From Octopus bimaculoides (Eukaryota): a stretch of 64,000 nucleotides of DNA. A model generated the notes under the pieces. It ran no database searches. It was not told where the DNA came from and worked only from the letters and a program-made list of their open reading frames with translations. The position numbers were made by a program, and so were the translations under genes. The stretch lies in the NCBI RefSeq assembly GCF_001194135.2, contig NC_068983.1:105774997-105838996 (forward strand), in the 5' to 3' direction. Shown one piece after another: positions 1 to 12,210 of this stretch. The number at the start of each line of letters is the position of its first letter. Positions within the stretch are counted from its first letter, which is position 1.

Positions 1-373
1 ATTGACCACCAGATAAGGGATCGGGGGACCCTGTCAAAGGCTTTCTCCATGTCAACGAAAGCCAGGTACAGAGGTTTATCCTTAGCTAGGTATTTCTCTT
101 GCAACTGTCTCACTAGAAATAAGGCATCAGTAGTGCTTTTACCTGGCACGAACCCAAACTGCATCTCATCTAAATTGATTCGCTCCCTAATTAGTTGGGC
201 TATGACCCTCTCTGTAACTTTCATAACCTGATCTAACAGCTTGATGCCTCTGTAATTATTTGTATCTAAAGCGTCCCCTTTACCTTTGTAGCAGTTGACT
301 ATGATGCTGCTACACCAGTCATAGGGTATGACTCCTTCGTGTATCACCTGGTTCGTAATACGGGTGACTCGTA
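1..373 (-). mobile_element. RTE-clade LINE reverse transcriptase fragment (continues past window start)
   Basis: Minus-strand translation gives ...WCSSIIVNCYKGKGDALDTNNYRGIKLLDQVMKVTERVI...EMQFGFVPGKSTTDALFLVRQLQEKYLAKDKPLYLAFVDMEKAFDRVPR, typical LINE RT motifs. Confidence 0.85.
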
Positions 374-539
374 ATATCCAAGAAAGTTAGGGGTTGTGAA
401 TGCAACCCACTAAGGGATAATATCTATCCAATATACTGCCAGAAGAATACCCAATTATTATTACACTAGTGTTTTTTCTTTGTATTACCAAGTGCAATAA
501 ATGGGTGTGGGTAAAAAGATATTTTACCATTAATTTATG

Positions 540-803
540 TAGCAATGAGAAAATAGAGGGGAACTTGAAGACATTGTATTGTGTTAATTTACCTGTTTAT
601 TTTTTTGCTAAAAGGACAATAATAACAATATACAAACACATGTGATGTCCTTTTTTAATTACTGATATGATATAATATGTTGCATGTGTTTGTATATTGT
701 TATTATTGTTCCTTTTAGTAAACAAATAAACAGGTAAATTAACACAATACAATATCTACAAGTTGATGAATACCACCTATTCCCCTCCATTTTCTCATTG
801 CTA
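540..803. mobile_element. Fold-back MITE with long terminal inverted repeats, TA-flanked
   Basis: tagcaatgagaaaat-a/g-gaggggaa at both ends in inverted orientation, plus inner ~80-bp inverted arms (about 563-642 vs 684-763). Confidence 0.7.
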
Positions 804-904
804 TATATATTTATATAATACGCTACATGTGTTTTTGTATCATTTATCTTTTACTTATTTCCGTCATTAGACTGACCATGCTGGTGCACCATATTGGAGA
901 ATTT

Positions 905-1185
905 TTTAGTCAAATGGATCGACACCATTACTTATTTTTTAAGCCTGCTAAGTTACAGGGACATAAACACACCAACACTAGTTGTCAAGAAATGATGGGG
1001 GACAAACATAGACACACACATATATATATATACATGACAGGCTACTTTCAGTTTCCATCTACTAAATCCACTCACGAGGCTTTGATTGGCCTAAGACTAT
1101 TGTAAAAGACATTTGTTCCAAGGTGCCATGTACTGGGATTGAACCTGGAACCATGTGGTTGGGAAGCAAGATTCTTACCACACAC
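905..1185 (-). mobile_element. tRNA-derived SINE with internal (TA)n/(TG)n microsatellite (family A)
   Basis: Reverse complement of the family-A copy at 8870-9257. Confidence 0.75.
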
Positions 1186-1464
1186 TCACACTTTTTCTTT
1201 TTTTTTTTTGTAACACTTCAGTGTTTGAAGTTGTTGAATTTGTTCCTGTTTATAAGATTTAGACTTTCTAAATCATTCAACATAAGCTGGAGTTGTTCTG
1301 TTTATTTTTTGCATTTGTCTCCTAATACTTCATGAAATAGTCTGAAGTTTTTAAAATTATCAAGCAATGTTTCTAGTCTCATGCTATAACAGCATCTCTA
1401 CTTAGTTGTCCCATTTCTTTTGTATTTGAATGTTCATTCAGCTTTCTTATCTTACATATAATGA

Positions 1465-1665
1465 TTTCAAATTTTGGCACAAGGCCAGCAATTTTGGGGG
1501 GAAGGGATGAGTCGAATACTAGTACTCAATCTAGTACTTATTTTATTCACCCCAGAATGGATGAAAGGCAAAGTCGACCTTGGTGGAATTTGAACTCAGA
1601 ATGTAAAGACAAACTAAATGTCACTAAGCATTTTGCTTGGCGTGTTAACAGTTCTGCCAGCTTAC
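1465..1665 (-). mobile_element. tRNA-derived SINE (family B)
   Basis: Reverse complement of the family-B copy at 17293-17510 (gagttcaaattcc...gtcgactttgcctttcatcc). Confidence 0.75.
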
Positions 1666-2202
1666 CACCTTTATCTTATCTTACATATAATAAAATGCAA
1701 TGAATTGGTCATGCTGGATGAGGGAAACTAAAACAAACAGTGGGAGTGAGTGTCAGGCAGAGATGCTAAATGCAATAAGTTGTTTTGCTCTGAAGTCATT
1801 GGTATTTTAATCAAAATGAAACTAAATTTTTATCATAAATTATATTTATTTTATCAATTTCATGCACCCATACAATTCTATATAATTCTGTTTATTTGTT
1901 AGAGAGAAGGTGAGATGGAATGAGAGTGACAGAGGAAAGGAAGGAGAGAGAGTGTGAGTGACAGAGAGTGAAGGGGAGTGAGTAAGATAGCAGATAGCCA
2001 CTTCCACTAACCACACTGTGAGGGAGGTAGCGGATAGCTACTTTTACTAACCACATGACAACATGGTTAGTGGAAATATGAGATGAAGAGAAAGAGTTCA
2101 TGGTTAAAAAGTTTGTTGATGTAAGAGGTAGAGAGAAAAAGAGAGAGAGAGAGAGAGAGAGAGAGTAAGTGTTTAGCAGAGGGAAATATTGAAATCATAT
2201 AA

Positions 2203-2827
2203 TAGGTTGTCCGGAAAGTTCGTGCCGATTTATAGCAGCTTACCTTTCGAGTTATTTTAGAACATGGTCGAGTCCATAAAATAGGATTTGACTTCACCTA
2301 CATTTAGAGCACAGTTTAAGCTATCTTTTTGTGGAAGAAGGTTTATGTTCCTATAATCTGTGTTAATTCTGTAACCCTTTAAAATGGAAGATAAGAAAGT
2401 TCATTTTCGGCACTTGATGGTTTTCTTTTTCCGTAAAGGGAAAAATGCCTCACAAGCAACTAAAGAAATATGCACAGTTTATGGTGATGTTTCTTTATCT
2501 GAAAGAACTGTACAGAAGTGGTTTGCAAGGTTCCAAGCTGGAGATTGTAGCCTTATTGATAAAGAGCGATCAGGTAGACCATCCACTACAGATGGTGACC
2601 AGATCAAGTCATTAACTAAGAATAACCCACATTGCACAACCCGAGAATTGGCAGAAAGTCTCAACCTAACAAAATCCGCTGTTCATGAACACCTGGTAAA
2701 GCTTAGATATACAAATCGCTACAATGTTTGGGTACCACATGAGTTGAGTGAGAAGAACCTTTTGGAAAATTGGTACGAACTTTCCAGACAACCCAATATA
2801 TTATTGACTGAAAGTGAAATAATTTAG
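2203..2827 (+). mobile_element. Mariner transposon, 5' TIR and N-terminal transposase (3'-truncated)
   Basis: TA + ggttgtccggaaagttcgtgccgattt TIR-like start; ORF 2384-2827 MEDKKVHFRH...KGKNASQATKEICTVYG...RSGRPS...VWVPHEL (HTH and WVPHEL motif); catalytic domain absent. Confidence 0.9.
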
Positions 2828-3249
2828 CAAAATAGCTGTGGATTTCTTAAAATTTGCAATGGAATTGAAACTAATTATGTAAATAAAAACATTGTGTATA
2901 TTAATTATATATAATGTAAAGTAATTATGATGAAATATTGCATGATAAAGAATATGCAATTATATATTGAGTTTGCAGTTTCAACAGACTTAAACACTAA
3001 TGAATGATATATGTACTAAGTATTGTATAAATTGTTATTGTATATTTTTTTAATCATTTATTACATAGGCAACAATATGATTTATATGTAATAAAAATAC
3101 AAATCATCCTTTCTTAAATAGCTCTTTAATTTTTTTCTTTGTGGAATTTTCACGTCCTGCTAGTATGTATTTGAAATTAAAAATCAAATTCTTTTGTTTT
3201 CAATGTATTATTGCTTACATAATATTTATAAATTATATCTGTCTGTCTG

Positions 3250-3329
<80 letters not shown>

Positions 3330-3858
3330 TATATTCTTTCGATTTTTTTCTTTCTTTATATTCCATTTTTTTATGCTTACCTTTCTGAAACTAACTCTTC
3401 CTTTTTCCAAGTAAAGGATAACACACACATGGACAGGCACTTTGAGCAAGTGTTTCCTACTATAGCCCAGGACTGACCTAATCCTTATGAGTAGATTTGG
3501 TAGATGGAAATGGAAAGAAGCCCATCGTTTATATGTGTGTGTGTTTTACTGTCTCGTTGCTTTGACATCAGGCAATAGTTGTAAATGAGTATCACTGTCA
3601 TGCAAGAGGTGTTCTTTGTTTTCACTCTTCCATATAATCATGTTTGGGCTTGGTGAAATATTACTTTACTTGGAAAGAGATAAGGATTGGCAATGTGTAC
3701 TGACAATTGTAAATTGTTTCTCACATTGTTTTGTTGCACCATTTTCTATCATTGAAAGAACTGTTTGCATTTTTGACAACATGAGTATGTTCTTATATAA
3801 TAAGCAAACTTATAATTTCTAACCAATGATGAACTCACTTGTTATTTTGATATTTCAG

Positions 3859-5785
3859 AGCTTTGTTTCCATGTGGTGACTCAATGGTGTGTATCATTGA
3901 TGACAGAGAAGATGTGTGGAATTATGCGCCTAACCTAATCCATGTCAAACCATATCGTTTTTTCCAAGGAACTGCTGATATTAATGCCCCACCAGGTTTA
4001 TCCAAGAAGGAAAATGATAGCAAACCAATCACACATCGTGTACGAAGAGTATCATGTAACATTGATGAGGATGAAAAAGATTTATGTGTTGATGATGAAG
4101 AGGATGAGAAAAAAGACAATGGTGGTGCCTCTGAAGACCAAAATGACTCTAAAAGAGATCTTAAAACAGAATCTGATACAATTTCTAATGTTGACAATGG
4201 TGTTAAGAATGTCGATGGTAAAACAGATACTAGTGTTGCTAAAACTAAATCTGCCACTGTTGCTGGTAGTGATGTTGATGATGCCAATGCCAAGACTGAT
4301 GCTTGTAGTGATGTTGATGATACCAGTTCCAAGGCTAGTGCTTGCAGTGATGTTGATGATGCCAGTTCTAAGGCTGGTACTTGCAGTGATGTCGATGATA
4401 CCAGTTCTAAGGCAGGTACTTGTAGTGATGTCGATGAGGCCAGTGCTAAGACTGCCAAAATACAAACAAAACCCTCAAGTGAGGAAAAAAATTCCAAGAC
4501 TGAAGAGAATGAAGAAATTGAGTGGGATGATGAAGATGACTATCTGTTTTACTTGGAAGAAATTCTAAATAGAATCCACAAAGCATACTTTGATATTAGT
4601 GATCAGCTTAATAAGAATGAAGGGGCTTCTAACATTCCTGATACTAATTTAGACTTAAAAGCTATCATTCCCTATGTACGACGTAAAGTTTTACAGGGCT
4701 GCAATATCTGCTTCAGTGGAATAATACCTCTGAATATGCCAATTGAAAAATCTCGGCCTTACAATATTGCTAAATCTTTGGGAGCTAACATACATTTAAA
4801 TTTTATACCATATTCTTTATCACACAAAAACAATTACACAACACATTTAATAGCAAATAAAATGGGAACAACAAAAGTTCATGCTGCTAAACGCTCCCAA
4901 ATGGGGCACATTCTCACTCTAGATTGGCTCTGGGTATGTTGTGAGCGATGGGAAAGAGTTGATGAACGTTTATTCCAATTAAGTGAAAAGATCCCTTTAG
5001 AACCAAGACTTTCACGAATGAATTTAAATGTTGGTATGAAAAGACAAAATTCAAAGTCTCTTAAAAGAAAATCTAAGTCAGTTGATTGTAATGTAGCAGA
5101 GAAGAAACTTAAGCAAGATGATGAGGATGATGATGATGTTGATGATGATGAAGATGAGGATGAGGATGAGGATGACGATGAAGATGACGATGAGGATGAT
5201 GATGATGATGGTGTTGAGAGTTCAGAAGATGATGATGCTATTGAAATTGATGATGACGATGATGATGATATATTTGATGAAGAAATTGGTGCAATTCAAA
5301 AGAAAGTTGCTGAAAAAGGCAAAGAGTCTTCAAAAAATAGTAACACTAGATACAATCCTTTGTACTCCTTTTCAGATGAAGAACGAGCAAGCATGGACAA
5401 AGAATTAGAAGAATTAATGGGTGAAGATGATAGTGATTCTGATGAGAAGGAAGCTGAAGCTCAATTACGGAAGCAGGTGTTGCTAGATCGTAAACCTGAA
5501 TCTTCATCAGATGAAAGTCTGTCAGGTGAGTTCCCTCTTGGATGGAAAAGTAAGAAATGGCGAAGACGGAGATCACACAAAAAGAAAATAGTCATAAAAC
5601 GAGAAGAATCTGAGGACACAGAAAAATCTGAAGAGAGTACGGAAGGAACATGTGATAAATTCACTGAATCCCAAGTGGTTTCTGAAAGCAGCAGTAGTAG
5701 TAACTTAGACTCTGAATATGATTCAATAGGTTCTGTAGATGAAGAAATTGCTAAAGCAGTAGAACAAAAGTTTCTAGAAAGATGA
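3859..5785 (+). CDS. CTDP1: RNA polymerase II CTD phosphatase FCP1, terminal coding exon (end of FCPH domain, BRCT, acidic tail)
   Basis: Acceptor tttcag at 3858; ALFPCGDSMVCIIDDREDVWNYAPNLIHVKPYRFFQGTADINAPPG; BRCT (VLQGCNICFSGIIP...THLIANKMGTTKV...TLDWLWVCCERWERVDERLF); C-terminal DEEIAKAVEQKFLER* resembles the TFIIF-binding helix; upstream exons not found in window. Confidence 0.95.
4265..4459 (+). repeat. Coding 39-bp tandem repeat x5 (13 aa, [C/G]SDVD[D/E]xxxKxxx) inside CTDP1
   Basis: Five consecutive in-frame units tgt/ggt-agt-gat-gtt-gat-gat... Confidence 0.9.
5118..5275 (+). repeat. Coding (GAT/GAG/GAA)n poly-Asp/Glu tract in CTDP1
   Basis: DDEDDDDVDDDEDEDEDEDDDEDDDEDDDDDG...DDDDDDDIFDEE encoded by trinucleotide repeats. 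Confidence 0.9.
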
Positions 5786-7964
5786 TTGGAAAATTTAAAA
5801 AAGACTGACATTTTTATTTTCCCCACCTTCCATCATTTTGTCTTCTGTTAGGAAGAATTCATGTACATAATTGAACTGACCTCATTTCATTCACATGTAT
5901 TACATAAATAGTTCAGCTTGATAAAATTAATAGGATTAAGTAATGTTTCATTTAATCATTGAACATAATTTTCATTCGACATTCAAACATATACATTAGC
6001 GCTTATTTTTTTTATCTCAGTTTTTGTTTTAAAAGAATAGTTTATAGAAATTTCTAGAATAATTATGAAGAACCCCGTTAGATTACTAAACAAATTTGTG
6101 AGTTGTCATCTCATTGTCTTTGTGATGATAAGATAGGGATAAAACTGGAAATATTCAAAGTAGCTTTTGTTAATTTTAAGACATTCATTTGCTTTATAGG
6201 AAGATTTGTAGATTGTCTAAAACAATGGTAGAGGCTGAAAAAATATCTAGAGACCACACATAGCATACTCAGTTGTAGATATTTTAAATATAATTGATAG
6301 AAATGAATGAATAGCAGGTGAAAATATTTCTTTGTTGCAATTCTCTAATTTGCAATAATTTAGGTATTATGTTTACTGATGACATGCCTATTAACAAAAT
6401 AATATGTTGAATACATAAGTGAGAACTTTATAGTTTCTGATTTACATCATCATCTTGCTGAAGTTAATTTTGTCTTTCAATGCTTTGAGGTTGGGTTGAT
6501 TAAACTAATTATAATCATATTGAAACTATAGTGTTCCCTTCTGACAAAACATTAGCAGAATTAAATTGATATTATTTATGCATCTTAAAATTGCATTAAC
6601 TCATCACAACATTCATTATTTTATCAGCTCATTTCACCACGTCATATCATATCATATTATATAAAACCAATTGTATTAATATAAGTAATTTGAAATCTAC
6701 ATAGTCTTATCAAGAAGCTTTGCTTATGATAAAACATCCTTTCACTCGAAATCTATTCACACATTTTCAGTTTTTCAATCCTCACACACTTCACTTACCT
6801 TGAGATTTTTTTTATTTTTAATTTGACAATTCATCTAACATAACTATGGTCACCTTGGAAGAAATCAGTACTCGACAGTGGTAAAGAAACTCAAGAGAGC
6901 TGAACAGCAGATCTTCAGAGAATATTTGTCACAAAACTAATTAAATATTTTATACATCCTCATTTATCTTTATCTTCATTATGTATATGAACTAAATCAA
7001 AGTTTTGACAATTGTATTTTGATTTTTTTTTTTTTTTTCAAAACACAACTGAAGATATTTTTCACATACTTTAAAATTCCTGCTAAAATATATTATTTAT
7101 TCAACTAATTCTTGGTAAGAATAATCTTGTTTATACCATTTGTTGTGTCTTTATTTCTTAAATGTCTCTCTTTGTTTTTTGATGGGTGGGATGGGCAAAA
7201 ATAATGTTGGTCTTCATGTTAATTTTTCAAAGATAACTACTTTAGAAAGATTTTTATGTATCATGTTTTGCGAATACATAAGCAAGGATGTTGTGAAAAA
7301 TAGGGTAGTTAAAGATTTTCAAAGGGTCAATCATTGATTTATTGAATATCTAATGTTGAGAGTGACAGTGGAGTGTCTGTGACACTTGGGTAGAATAAAC
7401 AACACAAGATATTTTTGTCTGAAAGTATTAATTTATATAGCTTAGTACCTCTTTGTTCTGAGCTCAGTTCACTCCAGGATTTATAAAGTAAGCAGCAATA
7501 TTGTACCGAAGTTGATTCATTTAACAACAGCATTTGCACCAAAGTGAAATATTTACTGCTAAAGATGGTACTGCCTTTCATCCTTTTGTGGTTGAAAAAG
7601 TAAAGTACCAGTCTAAAGAAGAGGATTGGTAGAATTGTTAAAGATTCTGAATGAAATGCCTTGTTATATTGTTTTTTGTGCCTCCTAACTTTCTGGAGTT
7701 TTTGAGTGGTGATTTAATCCATCATTTGCTTAACACCATTTCTTGAGGCTTGGAGGCCCACAGTTGAGTAAATTCTGTTGTAAACATTTGATGTATAGGG
7801 AGGGTGGGGGACAGGTCTTTGGTGTTTGTCAAGAGCTTACTTCCACCAATCTCAGACACCCTGAAAAATCAAAATGGTTTTGAATGCTGCCTCTCTCATT
7901 GCTGATTAAATGCTAAAAAACAAACAAAAACTGGTTAATGAGAATGTTTTACTCTTTTTATTAC

Positions 7965-8158
7965 TACAGTATGGGCCGAAAGTCATGCACCAAAATGTTG
8001 AACATTTCATTTATATCACATTATTATTCATTTTGATCTTCATGTACAAATACGTGTATTCATCATTATTTTATTCAATTTTTCAAAAATTGAAGCCTGT
8101 CTTTAACAATTCCAGAGCCTATTGAACTTACTTTGTGTGCGACTTTTGACCCACTCTA
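7965..8158. mobile_element. Tc1/mariner-type MITE
   Basis: Imperfect TIRs tacagtatgggccgaaagtcatgcac / gtgtgcgacttttgacccactcta with TA ends. Confidence 0.5.
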
Positions 8159-8869
8159 TTTCTGTGGAAATACATTGCCTTTTATTAAAGTCTATGAAGG
8201 CAGCAAGCTGACACAAACATTAGCATGCTGGATAAAATGCTTAGTGGCATTTCGTTTGTCTTACGTTCTGAGTTCAATTTCCGCTGAGGTCAGCTTTGCC
8301 TTTTAGCCTTTCAGGGTCAGTAAAATAAGTAACAGTTGACCACTGGGGTTGATGTGATTGATTTACTCCCTTGACAAAAACTGCTGGCCTTGTGCCAAAA
8401 TTTGAAATCATTATTAAAGTCTATGAAAATATATGGAAATCAGTAAAATTCTTGTATGACAGTATAATTCCATTAGTTTACAAGATGCACATTTATGTCA
8501 TAGAATTCTTAGTTCGACATTTGCAGAGCTATATTTCAACTGGACAAAGAAAACTAAACACGAAAGATTTCCATGTCATAATAAGGTATGATTTTCTAAT
8601 AATTCATTCAAACAATTGTATTTTCAATGTCTACTTTTCTAAAAAAACGTTTCAATTGATATTCTCAGCAGATGTTTGGAATATTAAACTTTTAAATAGA
8701 ATTATTTCATAAGCCATTGCTGCTAAATTAATTATATCACATTTGATAAGTTTGTCAAGTAGGCAGAGCTGACCTCAATGGAAATTGAACTCTGAACATA
8801 AGACAAACGAAATGCCGCTAAGCATTTTATCCAGCGTACTAATGTTTGTGCCAGCTTGCTGCCTTCATA

Positions 8870-9257
8870 GGCGTAGGAGTGGCTGTGTGGTAAGTAGCTT
8901 GCTTACGAACCACATGGTTCTGGGTTCAGTCCCACTGCGTGGCACCTTGGATAAGTGTCTTCTACTACAGCCTTGGGCCGACCAAAGCCTTGTGAGTGGA
9001 TTTGGTAGATGGAAACTGAAAGAAGCTCGTTATATATATATATGTATGTTTGTGTGTCTGTGTTTGCCCCCCCCCCCCAACATCACTTGACAACCAATGC
9101 TGGTGTGTTTACGTCCCCATAACTTAGCGGTTTGGCAAAAGACACCGATAGAATAAGTACTAGGCTTACAAAGAATAAGTCCTGGGGTCGATTTGCTCGA
9201 CTAAAAGGTGGTGCTCCAGCATGGCCAGTCAAATGACTGAAACGAGTAAAAGAGTAA
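8870..9257 (+). mobile_element. Full-length tRNA-derived SINE family A with central microsatellite
   Basis: A box tggctgtgtgg, B box ggttcagtccc, central (TA)n(TG)n, tail gagtaaaagagtaa; more copies at about 22810-23430, 36725-37590, 47374-47985, 54095-54620 (-), 59865-60248. Confidence 0.85.
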
Positions 9258-9860
9258 GTCATCGTCTATCTATCTATCTATTTATATAATACATTAAAAG
9301 TGATCTTAAATCTTGTAATGTTACCCAGCCAAACTGGCACATAATGGGAAAATAGTTTGAATTAAGTATCCTCTGAAATGTGAATACGAATGGAATAAAA
9401 CAAGTTTCGCATAAATTGGACAAGTGGTTGTTGAGATATTAGGGGTTTTCAGGGTATAAATACCCAAAACAGTGCATAGTGGGAAAATATTCTGAAAGGG
9501 AAGAAACTCTTACCTTTTGATTAAACACAGTGACCTGACAATGAAAAAATACAATTTGTTTTTTACAGTAAATGTTTCTGTTTTCGCCTTTGTTAAACAC
9601 AATATTTTAATCGTTTAGAAATATTTTTAAGTGAATGTGATTTCAAAAATGTAAGTTGTTTGTACACTAAGTATTTATATTTTAGCTTTCTTTAAACAGA
9701 TGATATTTTAATGTTTTTAAAATTTTTTTGAGCATATTTTAAAGTGAAAATAACTTTAAAAATATGGTAAATATTTGGTAAAAGACCTGTTTATAACTTC
9801 AGTGTGAAATAATTTTTTTCCATAGGTTTGTTTTGAGTGCATTCAACATATCTCACCTCC

Positions 9861-9979
9861 AAAGATTTGGCTGCTATTTCTAGCACGCCCTGCTACCACG
9901 TAACAGCTATTTGTGATAAAAGACCCACAATACCTGTTATGTGATAGCAGGGCGTGCAAGAAATAGCAGCCAAATCTTT
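9861..9979. repeat. 46-bp inverted repeat with 27-nt loop (stem-loop)
   Basis: 9861-9906 vs 9934-9979 are reverse complements with 3 differences. Confidence 0.85.
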
Positions 9980-10339
9980 CCTTTTTCTGGGGAAAGGCAC
10001 TATTTATGTGTAATTTCAATGTCACATTCGTTGAAAGCATGCAAAATAACCTGGAAAAGAAAAGGAAGAACTCACAAAACAAAACTTTGTTGCTGAGAAA
10101 CTCAAACTTTCCAGGTGACCCAATGGTTTATAGATAGTCTAGTATATATATCTATATATATGTAGAGAGAGAGAGAGATAGTTGATGACTTGACAAACTT
10201 ATCAAATGTGGTAGAATTAATTTAGCAACAATCTGTATTTACTTTAGTAAGTACATATTTGTCTTTAAATTAGTACTTTACTATTTAAGTACGTGATTCT
10301 CTGGAATCCTGGGAATTTATATATATATACATATATATC

Positions 10340-10822
10340 ATCATCTGCATATGGATGAGGCCAGCTGCATAAAGAAGTGCTAAGCTCTAATTGTGGAGGG
10401 AACCTGTGAAAGGGGTAGACCCAAGAAGACATGAGACAAAGTTGTAAGAAAGGATCTTCGGACACTGGGCCTCACTGAGGAAATGACAAGGGACTGGGAG
10501 TTGTGGCGATTTGCTGTACTTGAAAAGATGCATGAAGCTAAGTAAAATTGCTGTCATTCATACATTCAGGCTTATCCTTTACAGGTGCTGGTGCCACATG
10601 AAATGCACTTGTGCTGGTGCTGCAAGTGCACCTGTGTCAGTGGCATATAGAAAGCAACCAGTACAGTCTGTAAAGTGGCTGGCATTAGGAAGGGCATCCA
10701 GTCATAGAAAACTCACTACAACAGACAACTGGAGTTGGGACTGCTCTCTGGCTAGCCAGCTCCATGTCCAACTATCCAAGCCATGCCAACATGGAAAATG
10801 GATGTTAAATGATGATGATGAT
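10340..10822 (+). mobile_element. RTE LINE 3' end with (GAT)n tail
   Basis: Encodes ...GRPKKT*DKVVRKDLRTLGLTEEMTRDWELWRFAVLEK followed by a 3' UTR ending atgatgatgatg; similar copy at about 48215-48590. Confidence 0.75.
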
Positions 10823-11199
10823 TTTAATGTTTGCTTTTCCATGCTTGCATAGATCAAATGAGTGTGTTTTTTTCTGCAGCGGATGCCTTTCCTGATGGCA
10901 ACTAATGCCTGTTTCCAATTGAGGTAATAATCTCCCATCTATCAGCCCAAACAAAAATATCTTGTGGAGTTTATTTTGTCAGAGTTACTCTCAGCATCAG
11001 ATATTCAATAAGCCACTTATTGACCCATTAAAAACATACACTCAGTAACACTATTTTCTAACAAAATGCATGATATATAAAACAAAATTGTCAACATTGA
11101 ATTTCAAGCACTCTAATAAATAGCTACTCCAGTCTGTCCCTTGTGTATGTGCACTCATTAGATACTCGACACTCAGCATAGTTCGCAGTAATTTGTGGG

Positions 11200-12210
11200 C
11201 TTGAAATCACCTTAAAAATGGAGAACCAAAACGAACCTTGAGACCTCATACTTTTTTATTTTTAAAAAGCAAGGAAGTGGTGGAAATCTGCAGGAAGATA
11301 TGTGCTGTGTACAGAGAGGTTGCTGTTATGCAATGTGTGTGTGTGTGCCAGAAGTGGTTTGATTTTGATCAGGAAATTTTACGGATTAAGATACACCTCG
11401 CTCTCTAGCCTGTTGGCCAACTGAGATTAACAATGACAAAATGAAGGAGTAAGTTGGCATCAACCCTCATTATACATCTAGGATGATTGCGATTATTCTC
11501 CATATATCCAAATCGCGTGCTGAAAACCATGTGTCAACAAGATTATCTCAGGTTTGATGTTTAGGTCCCACATCAACTGAATGAGATTAACTTCATCCAA
11601 CAGATTTCCATCTGCGATTCCTTGCAAAAATATAAAGAAAACACTCCTTTTTAGAAGGGAATAGTGATGGGGAAAAAAAACAAAACATTGTTTATAACAA
11701 TGTGAATCACAATCATGGAAGTGGTGGCAAGTTCCCACAAACAACCTTCAAAGGAGGACTTCACCTGATGAAGGTTATGACTTCAATCTGGTGGGATAGG
11801 AAGGGTGTTGTCTTTTATGAGCTTCTCTCCCACCCTTGGGCAGAATCATCAGTTCACATGTGTACTGTGACCAGCGATCTACCAGAAGTGTCCAACACTT
11901 GCTAATTGCAGCAATGCCAGACTACACCCTTCATATTCGCTTGATCTTGTGCTTTCATATTTCCACCTGTTTTGGTCTCTTCAAAATTTATTGAATGGAC
12001 AGACTTTTAACTCTGAAGAGGATGTAAAAGTTTACAGGGAAGAGTTTTTCACCAGTAAAGACAAGAAATAATGGATCTGCCCACAAAATGGCAGAAGATA
12101 CTAGAACAAAACAATAATTATATCATTGATTGAACAAACTGCTTTGTTTTTATAACTTGGGTCTTATTTTCACTTAAAAAACCAAAACGGATCTTCTGGC
12201 CAATCCAATA
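11200..12210 (+). mobile_element. Degenerate mariner transposon
   Basis: Frameshifted transposase remnants (WWDRKGVVFYELL motif in ORF 11702-11905), 3' TIR-like end ttctggccaatccaata. Confidence 0.7.

Noticed and set aside
3141-3476. ORFs with YIYIYI runs (also 23769-24182, 55328-55636, 59250-59471)
   Set aside because: Translations of (TA)n/(TG)n microsatellites, not genes
1-3858. Upstream coding exons of CTDP1 (DxDxT catalytic motif)
   Set aside because: No FCP1-like peptide with suitable splice sites found; the region is LINE, SINE, mariner and microsatellite, so those exons are presumably before the window
3922-5408. Overlapping antisense and alternate-frame ORFs (3922-4497, 3942-4568, 4082-4465, 5118-5408)
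   Set aside because: Shadows of the stop-poor tandem repeat and (GAT)n tract of CTDP1
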